Shown: positions 28,849 through 38,934 of the stretch, piece after piece
Layout of the letters: each line of letters starts with the position of its first letter
Numbering within the stretch: the first letter of the stretch is position 1
Assembly (NCBI GenBank): GCA_964402225.1
Contig: CAYOBQ010000008.1
Location: 4,293-68,292 of the forward strand
DNA length: 64,000 bases
Reading direction: 5' to 3'
Source: an uncultured Nannocystaceae bacterium
Lineage (GTDB): Bacteria; Myxococcota_A; Bradymonadia; UBA7976; UBA1532
Made by a program: the position numbers and the translations under genes
The notes under the pieces: generated by a model
What the model was told of the DNA's origin: nothing
What the model saw: only the letters and a program-made list of their open reading frames with translations
The model's database searches: none

Positions 28849-30191
28849 CGAAGGCCCGCGGCGAGGGCCTCGAGCTCCGCGGCGATCGCGTCGCGCTCTT
28901 CCCGTAGGGCGCGGCGCAGGGCGGCGTCGAAGGGGAGGCGGAAGAGGAGCGCCAGCTCCCGCACGGCTTGTGCCCGGGCCTCCAGGAAGTTGTGGGTGTA
29001 GACCGCGCAGAGCGGCAGGGAGAGAGCGAATAGCACGCCCCGCAGCGGCCCGAGCCAGACGCCCAGGGCGACGGTCAGCGCGATCTGCCAGACGCCGAAG
29101 AAGAGCATCGCGGAGAGCAGCTTCACCGACGCGACGAGGTCCTTCGTCGGTCGCAGCAGCGCGACGGGCAGCTTCACGAGGTGATACGGGACGAAGTAGG
29201 CGATCGCGCCGAGGAGGGCGGCGGGGAGCCCCACGAGCAGGGCGAGGACGTTTCGGACCGCGAAGCGTCCCACCCCCGCCACCCGGTAGCGCCGGTCGAG
29301 GGCGCCGGGGTCGTCGAGCCCGAGGGCCCGCAGGCAGACGCCGAAGTCGAGGAGGCGGGCCCGGAGCCCCTCGATCACCTCTGGATCGTCGCGCTCGAAG
29401 GCGCGTTGGCCGTCGGAGAAGGCGCGCAGGCGGGCGGCTCGGTCCGCCTCGCCCGGCCAGATTCGCGCGGCGAGGTCGAGCAGCGGCAGATCCTCCCAGC
29501 GGTCGAGGTTGAGCGTCACCTCGCGGATCGCCTGGTCGATGGCCGCCGTGAGGGCCCGGACGGCGTCGTCGGCCTGCTCGCGGAACGGGGCGACATCGAT
29601 CGGGACGCCGATCTGGACGGCGACCTCACCACGGAAGCGGGACTTGCGCCGGTAGGTCAGCCCCACGGCTACCACCCGGATCGGCACGTCGTCGGCGGTG
29701 CCCAGCGCCATCCGGGCGGCGCCGGTCTTGAGCGGCTGCAGCTCGGGCTCGTCGTGGCTGATGCCCTCCGGGAAGAGGCACACCGCGTCCCCGGCCTTGA
29801 GGGCGCCGTACACCGCCTCGAAGGTGCCGCGGTTCGCGCGCGTGTCGTGGCCGTCCTGGGCTCGGTAGACGGGGAGCGCGCGAACGCGCCGCAGCACGAA
29901 GCCGAGCACCGGCATCCGAAAGATCGGCTCCTTGGCGAGGAAGCGGATCGGGCGGCGGGCGACGCGGGCGACGACGATCGGATCGACGATGCCGTTCGGG
30001 TGGTTGGCGACGACGAGGAGCGGCCCGCTGGCGGGGAGCGCGCCGCCCAGGTGGCGCCGACGGAAGAAGAGGTCGACACCCATCCCGAAGAGGCCGGCGA
30101 AGAACCGGTACACGTCGAGAGCCTCCCTGCGCCTCGAAAGAAGGTTGGAGTGAATCGAAGGGCTCGCTCCTCTACCATGTCGCGAACCCAA
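28845..30191 (-). CDS. Lysophospholipid (1-acyl-sn-glycerol-3-phosphate) acyltransferase, PlsC family, with C-terminal membrane extension
   Basis: HX4D motif VVANHPNGIVDP. FPEG motif CLFPEGISHDE. VAVGLTY. Hydrophobic C-terminal segments. Confidence 0.8.
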   Translation of the reverse strand: MGSRHGRGASPSIHSNLLSRRREALDVYRFFAGLFGMGVDLFFRRRHLGGALPASGPLLVVANHPNGIVDPIVVARVARRPIRFLAKEPIFRMPVLGFVLRRVRALPVYRAQDGHDTRANRGTFEAVYGALKAGDAVCLFPEGISHDEPELQPLKTGAARMALGTADDVPIRVVAVGLTYRRKSRFRGEVAVQIGVPIDVAPFREQADDAVRALTAAIDQAIREVTLNLDRWEDLPLLDLAARIWPGEADRAARLRAFSDGQRAFERDDPEVIEGLRARLLDFGVCLRALGLDDPGALDRRYRVAGVGRFAVRNVLALLVGLPAALLGAIAYFVPYHLVKLPVALLRPTKDLVASVKLLSAMLFFGVWQIALTVALGVWLGPLRGVLFALSLPLCAVYTHNFLEARAQAVRELALLFRLPFDAALRRALREERDAIAAELEALAAGLR

Positions 30192-30208
30192 CCTGTGTGG
30201 AGACTCCG

Positions 30209-31069
30209 ATGCGCGCGGTCCGATTCATCTCGGCGGCATTCGCCCTCTCCCTCGCCGGCTGCATCACGAGCGGCGGTGGTGGCGGTAGCGGCAACGGCAA
30301 CAACGACAACAATGGCGAAGAGGGGAATCGGGGCGGCAAGCAGCTCGCCGGGAGCCTCTTCGGCGGCGGCGGCAACAACCAGGCCGGCCCCAACGACGAG
30401 GAATCCCCGGGTCAAGGTGGCGGCGAGCGCGAGGGTGGCGATCCGCCGGCGGACACGACGACGGGCGGGTCCGTCAGCCGTGCCGCCTGCGACACCGTCT
30501 GCGGCCAGATCATCGACTGCCTCAGCGGCGTCTGTGGCCTGGAGCTGGCCGCCGCCGACCGCTCCGACGCCGTCTCGGCGTGTGGCGCCGAATGCGCCCT
30601 CGAGGCCAGCGACGACGAGATCGACCAGGCCCGTCAGCTCACGGCCGAGGAGTGCGCGGGCCTGCGACAGCTCGACGAGGAGTCTGGTTTCTGCGGCGAC
30701 CTCGACGAGGGTGACTTCGAGGAGGGCAGCTCCGGCTCGGGGAGCTCCTCCGGCCCGACCGAGCCGACCCCGGTCCCCGGGCCCGGGGCGTCCGCGGCCG
30801 ACTGCGCCACCTTCTGCGACCGCGGCGTAGAGTGCTGCTTCGAGGTCGCGGAGGACGCCGACGAGTGCCGCGAGTTTGGCCGCGAGTGCGCCCGGCTCTG
30901 CGCCGAAGAGGTCCCCGGCGATCTGGTGCGCTGCGTCGTGGACCACCGCGACCAGAGCTGCGACGACATCTCGGACGCCTGCGGTGTGACCGATGAGGAG
31001 ACCGTCGACAGCACGACCGACCCCGAAAACGACGCCCCCGCCCCGGAGCCGGTCCCGCCCAGCCCCTGA
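30209..31069 (+). CDS. Cys-rich, Gly/Asn-rich secreted lipoprotein (hypothetical)
   Basis: MRAVRFISAAFALSLAGC lipobox; GGAGA lies 7 nt upstream. Poly-Gly/Asn linker, then Cys-rich motifs (ACDTVCGQIIDC, ACGAECALEASDDE, ATFCDRGVECCFEV...CREFGRECARLCAEE). The Cys-spacing style resembles 25045..28848. Confidence 0.6.
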   Translation: MRAVRFISAAFALSLAGCITSGGGGGSGNGNNDNNGEEGNRGGKQLAGSLFGGGGNNQAGPNDEESPGQGGGEREGGDPPADTTTGGSVSRAACDTVCGQIIDCLSGVCGLELAAADRSDAVSACGAECALEASDDEIDQARQLTAEECAGLRQLDEESGFCGDLDEGDFEEGSSGSGSSSGPTEPTPVPGPGASAADCATFCDRGVECCFEVAEDADECREFGRECARLCAEEVPGDLVRCVVDHRDQSCDDISDACGVTDEETVDSTTDPENDAPAPEPVPPSP

Positions 31070-31070
31070 C

Positions 31071-33278
31071 TCAAAACGAGCCGTCGACCCCGAAGCCGAA
31101 GAAGTCCTCGGAGGGGTCGTCCACCAGCGGGTAGGCGCCGTAGACGAAGCCCTCGAGGCGCTCGTCGAAGAAGCTGAAGTGGTACGCCGCCCCCGTCGAG
31201 GCGCGCCCGTTGGCGAGGCCCGGGTCGTCGTCGTCCGACATCGTCGCGGCGTCGATGAACGGGGCGATGGCGTGGCGCCTGAACGGAAGCGGCAGTCGGA
31301 CGGCCACCCGCGTCTCGGTGATCTCACGGCCGCCGATCTCGACGCCGGAGTCGTTGACGGTGCGCCGCAGGACCAGGTCTTCGTACCCGCGGATGCTCGG
31401 CTTCGGGCGCAGATGGGGGGCCGTCGAGCCCTCCACTGGCTCCAGGATCGCGTAGCCCGCGCGCAGCATCAGCACGAAGTGTTGTCCCGTGCGGCTCGTC
31501 GCGAGCGGTAGACGAATTACCGCCTCCGTGCGCAGCCGGTGGAGCGTGGCGTCCCCCCCGAGCAGTGGCGTGCCGTACAGGTAGCGAGCCGACAGCTCCA
31601 AGCCCAGGTAGCGCACCCGCTCTGCGTCGAGTTGGATGACGTCGAGGGCGGCCTCGACCCCGAGGGCGACGTTGACCACCGAGCCGTCGGCGATCCCCTC
31701 CACGACCTCGCCGCCCACGTCCGACCACTCGTACAGCAGAAAGGGCACCAGCCGGGCCTGGTGGCGCAGCACCTCGACCCCGACCCCGACCTCACCGTCG
31801 TAGTAGGTCTCCGCGAGCCCCGAGCCGAAGCTCTCCACGCGACGGTTCGCCGCGAGTTGGCTCACGATGTCGAGTTGGGAGAAGCGGTCCTCGAAGCGAA
31901 AGCCCTGCCAATCGGTCTGGGCGTAGACCTTCAGCTCCTGCCCGGAGCCGCGCAGATAGGCGCCCCTCGACAGCAGGTCGACCTCTGGTGCGACGTGCGC
32001 CACGTCCAGGTTGTGCAGCGTCATCGACTCCTCGACCACGTCGATCGTGACGAAGTCGTCCTCCACCACGACGAAGGTCAGGTAGCGCTCACCCGGTCGC
32101 CCGCCGCGCTCGACCCGCGCCACGGCGGAGCGGAACAGCCCGCTGCGCAGGAGGCTCTGGAGGCTCGAGTCGATGGCGGACTGACGGAAGATGTCGCCCG
32201 GCTCCACCTCGACGAGCAGCTCGAGCACCCGGCGGCGCGTCACGCGCTGACCCTCGAACCACACCCGCGCCACCCGCACCGCTCCGCCGGTGTGCACGCG
32301 GACTTGCACGTTCGCGACCGGGCCCACCCGCACGGCGCGGGCTTGCACCTCGGGATCCGGGTGGCCGTGGTCGCGGAGGTGAGCGACGATCGACGCCTCG
32401 GTCTTTCGCAGGAGAGCCTCGCAAAACGGCGCGCCCGCGCCGAGCGCGAGCCCCGCCGCCACCTCCGATGGCAGCTCGGCGCCATCGATCTCGAAGCGCC
32501 CGACCCGCACCGAGGGGCCGGGCCGGACGGCGAAGGCTACGTCCAGGACCGCGCCGTGCCGCGTCATCGTCAGAGCGACGGACGCGTCGGGGTGGCCCGC
32601 CCGGCACACGTGGGCGCGCACGCGCTCGGCGTCGTCCGCCAGTCGCCACGGCGCGGGCCGCCGCCGCTCACCCGGACGCGTGTAGAGCGCGTCGCGCACG
32701 TACTCCGCGACCGGGAAGCCCTCGACCGTCACCGAGCCGATGCGGAAGCGCGGCCCGGGTCGAGCGCGCAACACCACCGAGACCAGGCCGTCGTCGTCCT
32801 CACTGACCTCGGCCGTCACCTCCGCATCGAGGTGCCCGCGCCCCAGGCAGTAGCGCCGTACCAGCGCGCGATCGACCTCGAGGAGGTAGGGGTGGAAGCG
32901 GCGCCCCTCCACCAGCGTGAGCGGGTGGCCGTAGGTCTGGATTTGCCGGAGAAGGCGCCAGCTCCCCTCGTCGTCCGGCGCCCCGTCGCCCATCACGACG
33001 GAGACGCGGCCGAGGCGACGTCGTCGCCCCGTGTAGCGAACGTGAACCCGCCCGCCGCGCAGATCCACCTCGGCGCCCCCGGGCGTGATGTCCTCCACCG
33101 ACCGAAGCGCCCCGGCGATGAGCTCCGGCTTCGCGGGCTGCCCCACCAGGGTCGCCAGGCGGGCCTCGATCACCTTCGGATCAGCGCCAGGGGCCTCCAC
33201 CGTTACCGACGTCACGGGGGGCACCACCGAGAGCGCGAGCAGGATGAGCGCCGTCACGTAGAGGACGTTCCCCGGCAC
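31071..33278 (-). CDS. BamA/TamA (Omp85) family outer-membrane protein with POTRA repeats and C-terminal beta-barrel
   Basis: 735 aa. N-terminal signal-like hydrophobic segment. Repeated POTRA-like V.V.G units. The C-terminal region alternates hydrophobic residues and ends ...FGFGVDGSF (aromatic terminal residue). The antisense ORF 31539..33305 was rejected. Confidence 0.7.
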   Translation of the reverse strand: MPGNVLYVTALILLALSVVPPVTSVTVEAPGADPKVIEARLATLVGQPAKPELIAGALRSVEDITPGGAEVDLRGGRVHVRYTGRRRRLGRVSVVMGDGAPDDEGSWRLLRQIQTYGHPLTLVEGRRFHPYLLEVDRALVRRYCLGRGHLDAEVTAEVSEDDDGLVSVVLRARPGPRFRIGSVTVEGFPVAEYVRDALYTRPGERRRPAPWRLADDAERVRAHVCRAGHPDASVALTMTRHGAVLDVAFAVRPGPSVRVGRFEIDGAELPSEVAAGLALGAGAPFCEALLRKTEASIVAHLRDHGHPDPEVQARAVRVGPVANVQVRVHTGGAVRVARVWFEGQRVTRRRVLELLVEVEPGDIFRQSAIDSSLQSLLRSGLFRSAVARVERGGRPGERYLTFVVVEDDFVTIDVVEESMTLHNLDVAHVAPEVDLLSRGAYLRGSGQELKVYAQTDWQGFRFEDRFSQLDIVSQLAANRRVESFGSGLAETYYDGEVGVGVEVLRHQARLVPFLLYEWSDVGGEVVEGIADGSVVNVALGVEAALDVIQLDAERVRYLGLELSARYLYGTPLLGGDATLHRLRTEAVIRLPLATSRTGQHFVLMLRAGYAILEPVEGSTAPHLRPKPSIRGYEDLVLRRTVNDSGVEIGGREITETRVAVRLPLPFRRHAIAPFIDAATMSDDDDPGLANGRASTGAAYHFSFFDERLEGFVYGAYPLVDDPSEDFFGFGVDGSF

Positions 33279-33389
33279 GGGGAACCGGTGTCAACAACGC
33301 CGTAACCTCTCAAAACCCGAGGCAACGGGGAGCAGCATGGCGCAGGCCAGGTCAAGGGCGGCGCAGCGGAGGCCGGGGCGTCGGGCTGT

Positions 33390-35045
33390 CTACGTCAGGA
33401 GCCCCTTCGGCCGCCCCCGGCCACCGATCCCCCTCGACAGGGTCAGCGAACTGCCCGCCTCGTAGCCCGCCGAGTTGTGGGCGCGCTCCACGCCGGAGCC
33501 ACCCCTCCAGCCCCTGCCTCGCTTGTCGTGCTCGACTCGGGCGAAGTGCTCAGCCGCCTGGATAGCGTCGGAGTCGCCCGTCCGGCTACTGTCGTCGCGC
33601 GACTGTACCTTCGCCTGCTCGAGGACCGTCGCCAGGCCGTCAGCAGCGGAGTGCAGGAACGAGGTCCGCTCGGAGACGACGGCTCCGCCCATGGGACCGG
33701 GGTTCTGTGCCCGCCACTGCTCGATGTGCCGCTGACAGCGGCTCTCGATTCGTTCGATCGCCACGGAGCACAGATACTCCGCCGTCACGACATCCGCGTG
33801 GCTGCCGAAGAAGTGCATCCCGCCGTACGCCTTGTGTGCCAGGGCGAACACATCGCAGAACTCGGCCACGGCGAATGCGATGGACGCCTTCCAGGGCTTC
33901 CGCTTCCCGATGAAGATCCACTGGTCACACATTTCGGCCCCGAGGGAGGTGGGCAGGGCCACCTCGTAGGAGGTGAGCCCGCGGGTGACGATCAGGTCAT
34001 TGGCCTTGGCTGCCGCCAGACACCCCTCGGGGGTCCCGAGCTGATCGAGGGCCAGGGCTCGGAGCTTCTGTACCCGCCGCACCGCGACGACCATCTGGGC
34101 TTCCTCGATGTGGGCTTCGACGGGCGGCCCCCCGCCCCCCAGCTTCGCCCTGATCCCGCTCACGACCCAGGCATCCACCACCCGGTAGCTCTGGTCGAGG
34201 GCCCGCCGGGCGGAGACGAAGAGCGGGGCGCCCCAGGTTCCCTCGGCGAGCTCCACGAGCGCCCGCTTGAATGGGAGGTCGTGCCCCGAAGCGCCCAACA
34301 GGACGTGGGCGAACTCGTGGGCGAGGGTGGCAGCGGCCTCGGCCCGATCCGAGTTGGGGCAGGTGGTGATGGTCATCTTGGAGGGCTTCCCGCCCAGCAT
34401 GTGGACGCGGCCGGTGACGAAGCCATGCTTGTGGACGGCGCCCCGGCGGATCACGAGCGGGAAGTCAGGCAGGGAGAGGTGACGTCGGATGCTGTCGAAG
34501 TCCGCCCGAATCGTCTCGGAGGTCAACTCGGTCTTGCCGCTGAACTCGGGGTCCTCCGGCTCAGGCTGCACCTGCGGATCGACCACCACGTCGTGCTCGT
34601 CGGGGGGCCGGCCCAGCGCCTCCGTTGCCGATTCCGGCACCACCCAGGGGTACGGCAGCCCGTTGGCCTGGTGGGGACGTAGGCTGTCCAGCGCCCGCTT
34701 GAGGTGTCTGACGGACCGCCCCTCGAGGTGGATGCTGCGGGACGGCTGGATGAGGACCAGCATGCCGTCGGCCGCGTGGACGTTCTCCAGCTCGGCGTCT
34801 GGGAGAACACGCCTCAGCATCCGCCGGGCGTGTGCGGTGGCGGGCAGCAGGATCGCCCACTGGCCATCGTCGAGCTGGAGTCCGCACCTGTCAGCGACCA
34901 TCTGGCGGTCGTGCGTGGTCTCGACACCGGTGACGCAGTCTTGGTCGAAGAACTCGATGATCGCCGCCTTGGCGTGAGCCTTGGGCAGGACGTTGGCCCC
35001 GTCCTCTGAGACGCTGGTCAGCTCGTAGTTGTGATTGTCGGGCAT
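33390..35045 (-). CDS. Hypothetical protein with SprT-like zinc-metallopeptidase (HExxH) motif
   Basis: Start MPDNHNYELTSVSEDG at 35045, inside ORF 33390..35117. TLAHEFAHVLLGASGHDLPFKRAL (HExxH followed by GH). Long non-repetitive C-terminal region. Confidence 0.55.
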   Translation of the reverse strand: MPDNHNYELTSVSEDGANVLPKAHAKAAIIEFFDQDCVTGVETTHDRQMVADRCGLQLDDGQWAILLPATAHARRMLRRVLPDAELENVHAADGMLVLIQPSRSIHLEGRSVRHLKRALDSLRPHQANGLPYPWVVPESATEALGRPPDEHDVVVDPQVQPEPEDPEFSGKTELTSETIRADFDSIRRHLSLPDFPLVIRRGAVHKHGFVTGRVHMLGGKPSKMTITTCPNSDRAEAAATLAHEFAHVLLGASGHDLPFKRALVELAEGTWGAPLFVSARRALDQSYRVVDAWVVSGIRAKLGGGGPPVEAHIEEAQMVVAVRRVQKLRALALDQLGTPEGCLAAAKANDLIVTRGLTSYEVALPTSLGAEMCDQWIFIGKRKPWKASIAFAVAEFCDVFALAHKAYGGMHFFGSHADVVTAEYLCSVAIERIESRCQRHIEQWRAQNPGPMGGAVVSERTSFLHSAADGLATVLEQAKVQSRDDSSRTGDSDAIQAAEHFARVEHDKRGRGWRGGSGVERAHNSAGYEAGSSLTLSRGIGGRGRPKGLLT

Positions 35046-35627
35046 TGACCTTGGCCTCTCGGACCGAGACGGTGCCCCACCTGCTCCGAGCCGGCAAGCC
35101 GTTGCTTCCCGCCACACCGGCGAAACCGCTTGGGCGATGAACTGCCGTGCACCAGATCACCGGAGAGCGCGAGGACCGAGGTCTCCTTGCAGGTCGGTGG
35201 CCACCAGCAGCACGCCCCGGCCCGGGAGCTGTGCCACCCTTCGTCCCCGCGCATCGCTCTCGCGCCGGGTCGCGACTCTGCCGCGGTGTCCTTGGCCCGC
35301 CCCTCGACCCTCACCCATCGGCGGCCGATGCAATCACCCGCCGCATGCTGCGCGCTCGATGCCGTGCGTCGCGTGCTGCCCGCCAGCGTCGTCAGATCGG
35401 GACCGCCGCGAATTGGCCGAGGCCCAGGCGCGCGCCGTAGCCCGGAAGCACCGGTCCATCGATCGCGCGGCGAGAGCCTACCTGTTTATTGTTGGACAGA
35501 CCCACAACCCGCCGACCTTCCCCGGCTCCCGCCCCCACGCGGGCGGTCCCGGGCTGACGTGCTTCCGGCTCGATCTGCCGCGCGACGCGGCCCAGGACAC
35601 GCGCGCCGCCGGTTGACAGACCGGTCG

Positions 35628-36632
35628 ATGACCACGCAGGTTTGCCTGGTGCCCGCCCACCCACGACCCACGACCTACGCCGCCGATCTCGCCACGATCC
35701 GGGCGGCGGCGGAGCGGATCGCCGCGCACGCCCACCGTACGCCGGTCATGACCTGTGCCACGCTCGACGCGCTCTCCGGGCGCGCGCTCTTCTTCAAGTG
35801 CGAACACCTGCAGCGCGTCGGCGCCTTCAAGTTCCGCGGGGCCTGCAACGCCATCGCGAGGCTCGGCGACGAGGAGGCCGCGCGGGGCGTGGTGACGCAC
35901 AGCAGCGGCAATCACGCCCAGGCCGTCGCCCTCGCCGCGCGGATGCGCGGGATCGCCGCCCACATCGTGATGCCCACCAGCGCCCCGACCGTGAAGCGCC
36001 GGGCCGTCGAAGGCTACGGCGGACGCGTCGTGCTCTGCCCCCCGAACCCCGCGGCGCGCGAGGCCACCGCCGCCCGCGTCCAAGCCGAGACCGGCGCCAC
36101 GCTCGTGCATCCCCACGACCACCCGGACGTGATCGCGGGGCAGGGCACGGTGGCCCTCGAGTTGCACGAGCAGGTGCCCGAGCTCGACGCGGTGGTGGTC
36201 CCCGTCGGGGGCGGCGGGCTCCTCGCGGGGGTCACGCTGGCGCTGCGCGAGCTGGCGCCACAGGTCGCCGTCTACGCCGCGGAGCCCGCGGGCGCCGACG
36301 ACGCCGCGCGCTCCCGAGCCGCGGGAAGGCTGATCCCGCAGACCGCCCCCGACACCGTCGCCGACGGCCTGCTCGTGGGTCTGGGCGAGCACACCTGGCC
36401 CGTGGTCCGCGACCTGGTCCGCGACGTGCTCGTCGTCGACGACGACGCCATCCTCGACGCGATGCGCCTCATCTGGACACGGATGAAGCAGGTGGTCGAG
36501 CCCAGCGCCGCGGTCCCCCTCGCGGCGGTCCTGGGCCGGCTACCAAACCATCACAAGCGGGTCGGGATCGTGTTATCGGGGGGCAACGTCGATCCTGAGA
36601 GACTCCCCTGGAATGCCCCTCGACCCCACTGA
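35628..36632 (+). CDS. PLP-dependent serine/threonine dehydratase family enzyme (tryptophan synthase beta superfamily)
   Basis: Start MTTQVCLVP inside ORF 35130... FFKCEHLQRVGAFKFRGACNAI (PLP-lysine region). SSGNHAQAVALAA. Gly-rich PVGGGGLLAG loop. Confidence 0.8.
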   Translation: MTTQVCLVPAHPRPTTYAADLATIRAAAERIAAHAHRTPVMTCATLDALSGRALFFKCEHLQRVGAFKFRGACNAIARLGDEEAARGVVTHSSGNHAQAVALAARMRGIAAHIVMPTSAPTVKRRAVEGYGGRVVLCPPNPAAREATAARVQAETGATLVHPHDHPDVIAGQGTVALELHEQVPELDAVVVPVGGGGLLAGVTLALRELAPQVAVYAAEPAGADDAARSRAAGRLIPQTAPDTVADGLLVGLGEHTWPVVRDLVRDVLVVDDDAILDAMRLIWTRMKQVVEPSAAVPLAAVLGRLPNHHKRVGIVLSGGNVDPERLPWNAPRPH

Positions 36633-37416
36633 CCGGGCGCAGCTCACCCGCATCGAACGCGCCAGCTACCGCGCCGGCGAGGTCCTGCGCGAGACCCACC
36701 TCGGCCGGCGAGCCTGCGCGCGCTGGCTCGACCTCGTCACCTTCACCTGGGCCCGTCCGCTGGCGGTGCCCATCACCCACGCCGACGGCCTCGAGCACCT
36801 GCCGACCGACCGCTCGCTCATCCTCGCGGCCAACCACCGGACCTTCTTCGACCTGTATGCCGTGATGGCGACGATCTGGCGCAGCTTCCCGAAGCCGCCG
36901 TTCATGTTCTGCCCGGTCCGCAGCGACTTCTTCTACGACTCGAAGCTCGGTCCGCTCCTCAACTTCGCGGTGTCGGCCTACTCAATGTACCCGCCCGTCT
37001 TTCGCGATGAGCGCGGGCGCGGCCTCAACGGGCACGTCGTCTCCAAGTGCGTCTCGCTGCTCGACGATCCCCGCACCATCGTAGGGCTACACCCCGAGGG
37101 TCGGCGCAGCCGCGACCCCGACCCCTACAAGCTGAGCCCCGGTCGCCCGGGCATCGGCCGCATCGCGCTCCCCGCGAAGGCGCCCGTCATCCCGGTCTTC
37201 GTCGCTGGGCTCTCGAGCTCGTTTCTCGCCCAAGCGAGCCGCCGCTTCACCGGCCAACCGATCCGCCTCTTCTTCGGCCCCCCGGTGCCGGCCGACGACC
37301 TCTACGAACGCCCCCACGACCCCGCGGCCCACCTGGAGCTAGCGGACCGCACGATGGTGGCGCTGCGCGCATGCGGCGACCGCGACCGCATGTGGGCCGC
37401 GACGGCGGGCCGCTGA
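36613..37416 (+). CDS. 1-acyl-sn-glycerol-3-phosphate acyltransferase family protein (PlsC-like)
   Basis: AANHRTFFD (HX4D). GLHPEGRRS. PVFVAG. Overlaps the upstream gene by 20 nt. Confidence 0.8.
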   Translation: MPLDPTDRAQLTRIERASYRAGEVLRETHLGRRACARWLDLVTFTWARPLAVPITHADGLEHLPTDRSLILAANHRTFFDLYAVMATIWRSFPKPPFMFCPVRSDFFYDSKLGPLLNFAVSAYSMYPPVFRDERGRGLNGHVVSKCVSLLDDPRTIVGLHPEGRRSRDPDPYKLSPGRPGIGRIALPAKAPVIPVFVAGLSSSFLAQASRRFTGQPIRLFFGPPVPADDLYERPHDPAAHLELADRTMVALRACGDRDRMWAATAGR

Positions 37417-37422
37417 GAGCCG

Positions 37423-38832
37423 TCATCGCCGAATCCTCGTCGCGAGGCGGCCCAGGCAGGCATCCATCACCGGGCCGGTGGGGGCGTTACCCATCGAGTC
37501 GCCCATGTAGGTGTTGCGCCAGCGCCCCTGATGGAAGACCTGGATGCGCTTGAAGGCGTGGTCCTCCAGATAGAGGCCACCCGAGACCATGCGCACCGCG
37601 CCCTCGGCGGGCTTGCCCTTCCCGGTGAAGAGGCGCTCGCGAAACGCCGGCAGCTTGCGCCAATGGGCGCGGATGATCGCGGCGTCGTCGGGCAGCACGT
37701 TCGGGTGACCCAGGACCTTGCCGACGGCGCGCCGGGACACGGTGTTGGTGAGCAGCAGCGACGAGATGTTGACGCGGCCCTTGGGCAAGCGCGCGAGGAG
37801 GCCCTCGATCTGGTCGCCGAGCTCACCTGCGAAGGGGAGCCCCTCCAGACGGCGCCGGGCGGCGCTCGCGAGATCCGCGGCGCTCAGCGAGCGGCCGAGG
37901 AAGCCGACCACCGCCGCCTCCCGCGGGTTGTCCTGGAGGAAGGCGCTGACCTTCGCCTCGGCGTACTCGTCGGATGCGCGGCACGTGCCGATGTGGCCGA
38001 GCTCGTGGAAGAGCACCACCGAGCTGCGGACGGCGCCGCCGTGCTTCTTGCGGGGGGCGAGATCGACGCCCGGTCTCTCGTGGGCGACGGCGTGCCAGAC
38101 GAGGGGAACACGCAGCTTGGGAAACGCGGCGTCCACGACGCGATCGACGCCCGTCAGCTCGACGATGCCCCGCCCGACGCGCTTCAGGGCCTCGCGCGGA
38201 TCGCCCTTGGCGGAGGTCTCGCGATCCACGAGCTTCGCGAAGGCGAACCAGTCCTTCTGGGACCAGGTCGACATCGCGGCGTCGGCGAGGGAGACGACGC
38301 GGTCGAAGCGGAACCACGTCGCCTGGTCTCTCAGCGGGAAGGGCACCTGGTAGATCGCCTGCGGATCGCCGCCGAACCAGTCGGCATGCGCTTCGACGAG
38401 GCCGGTGAGGAAGTCGTGGAAGGCCCAGGGGTGAACCACCTCCGACGCCTTCGGCTTGTCCGCCAGCCGCGCCCGGGCCTTCGCGTCCAGGGCGACCACG
38501 AGCCTCTCGTCGGCGACCAGGACGTTGACCCGGTCCGCGGTCCCGGCGAGGGGGCTTGGCCGGGCGCCGAAGATATAGTCGCGATCGGCGGCGGCGAGGC
38601 GCGTGAAGAGGTCGCGGTCGGGGGGGGCGGCGATGGCCTCACCGGTCTCGTCGGTGAGCGAGACCGGCACGTAGACCAGGGTGAAACGTCCCGGCACGAA
38701 GTCGCCGACGGGGGTGAAGAAGTCCGCCGGATCGAGGGCCCGGAGCTGGGCGGCCGTCCGGGTCTCGCGGAGCGTGTCGGCGAGTCCGCCGCAGCCCGCA
38801 ATCGTCAACAGGAGGATCGGGAACGTACGCAT
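37423..38832 (-). CDS. Lipoprotein with HExxH motif (putative zinc metallopeptidase), hypothetical
   Basis: MRTFPILLLTIAGCGG lipobox (start inside ORF 37423..38868). VVLFHELGHIG. No other recognisable family signature. Confidence 0.55.
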   Translation of the reverse strand: MRTFPILLLTIAGCGGLADTLRETRTAAQLRALDPADFFTPVGDFVPGRFTLVYVPVSLTDETGEAIAAPPDRDLFTRLAAADRDYIFGARPSPLAGTADRVNVLVADERLVVALDAKARARLADKPKASEVVHPWAFHDFLTGLVEAHADWFGGDPQAIYQVPFPLRDQATWFRFDRVVSLADAAMSTWSQKDWFAFAKLVDRETSAKGDPREALKRVGRGIVELTGVDRVVDAAFPKLRVPLVWHAVAHERPGVDLAPRKKHGGAVRSSVVLFHELGHIGTCRASDEYAEAKVSAFLQDNPREAAVVGFLGRSLSAADLASAARRRLEGLPFAGELGDQIEGLLARLPKGRVNISSLLLTNTVSRRAVGKVLGHPNVLPDDAAIIRAHWRKLPAFRERLFTGKGKPAEGAVRMVSGGLYLEDHAFKRIQVFHQGRWRNTYMGDSMGNAPTGPVMDACLGRLATRIRR

Positions 38833-38934
38833 ACCTCGCACTCCACCGGTGGCGACGCCGTCGGTCAACCGCGAAAGATGTCACGCCTTCGGGGCCGCCG
38901 CGTACCGTCCCCGTGAACGGTAGTGGGGACGGAC

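Noticed and set aside
29181-31327. ORFs 29181..30830 + and 29669..31327 - spanning the PlsC and Cys-rich lipoprotein genes
   Set aside because: Arg/Ala/Pro/Ser low-complexity antisense artefacts. The chosen frames carry HX4D and lipobox signatures.
31539-33305. 588-aa + ORF opposite the Omp85 gene
   Set aside because: Arg/His/Pro/Val-rich, no signal or motifs, antisense to a coherent POTRA plus barrel protein.
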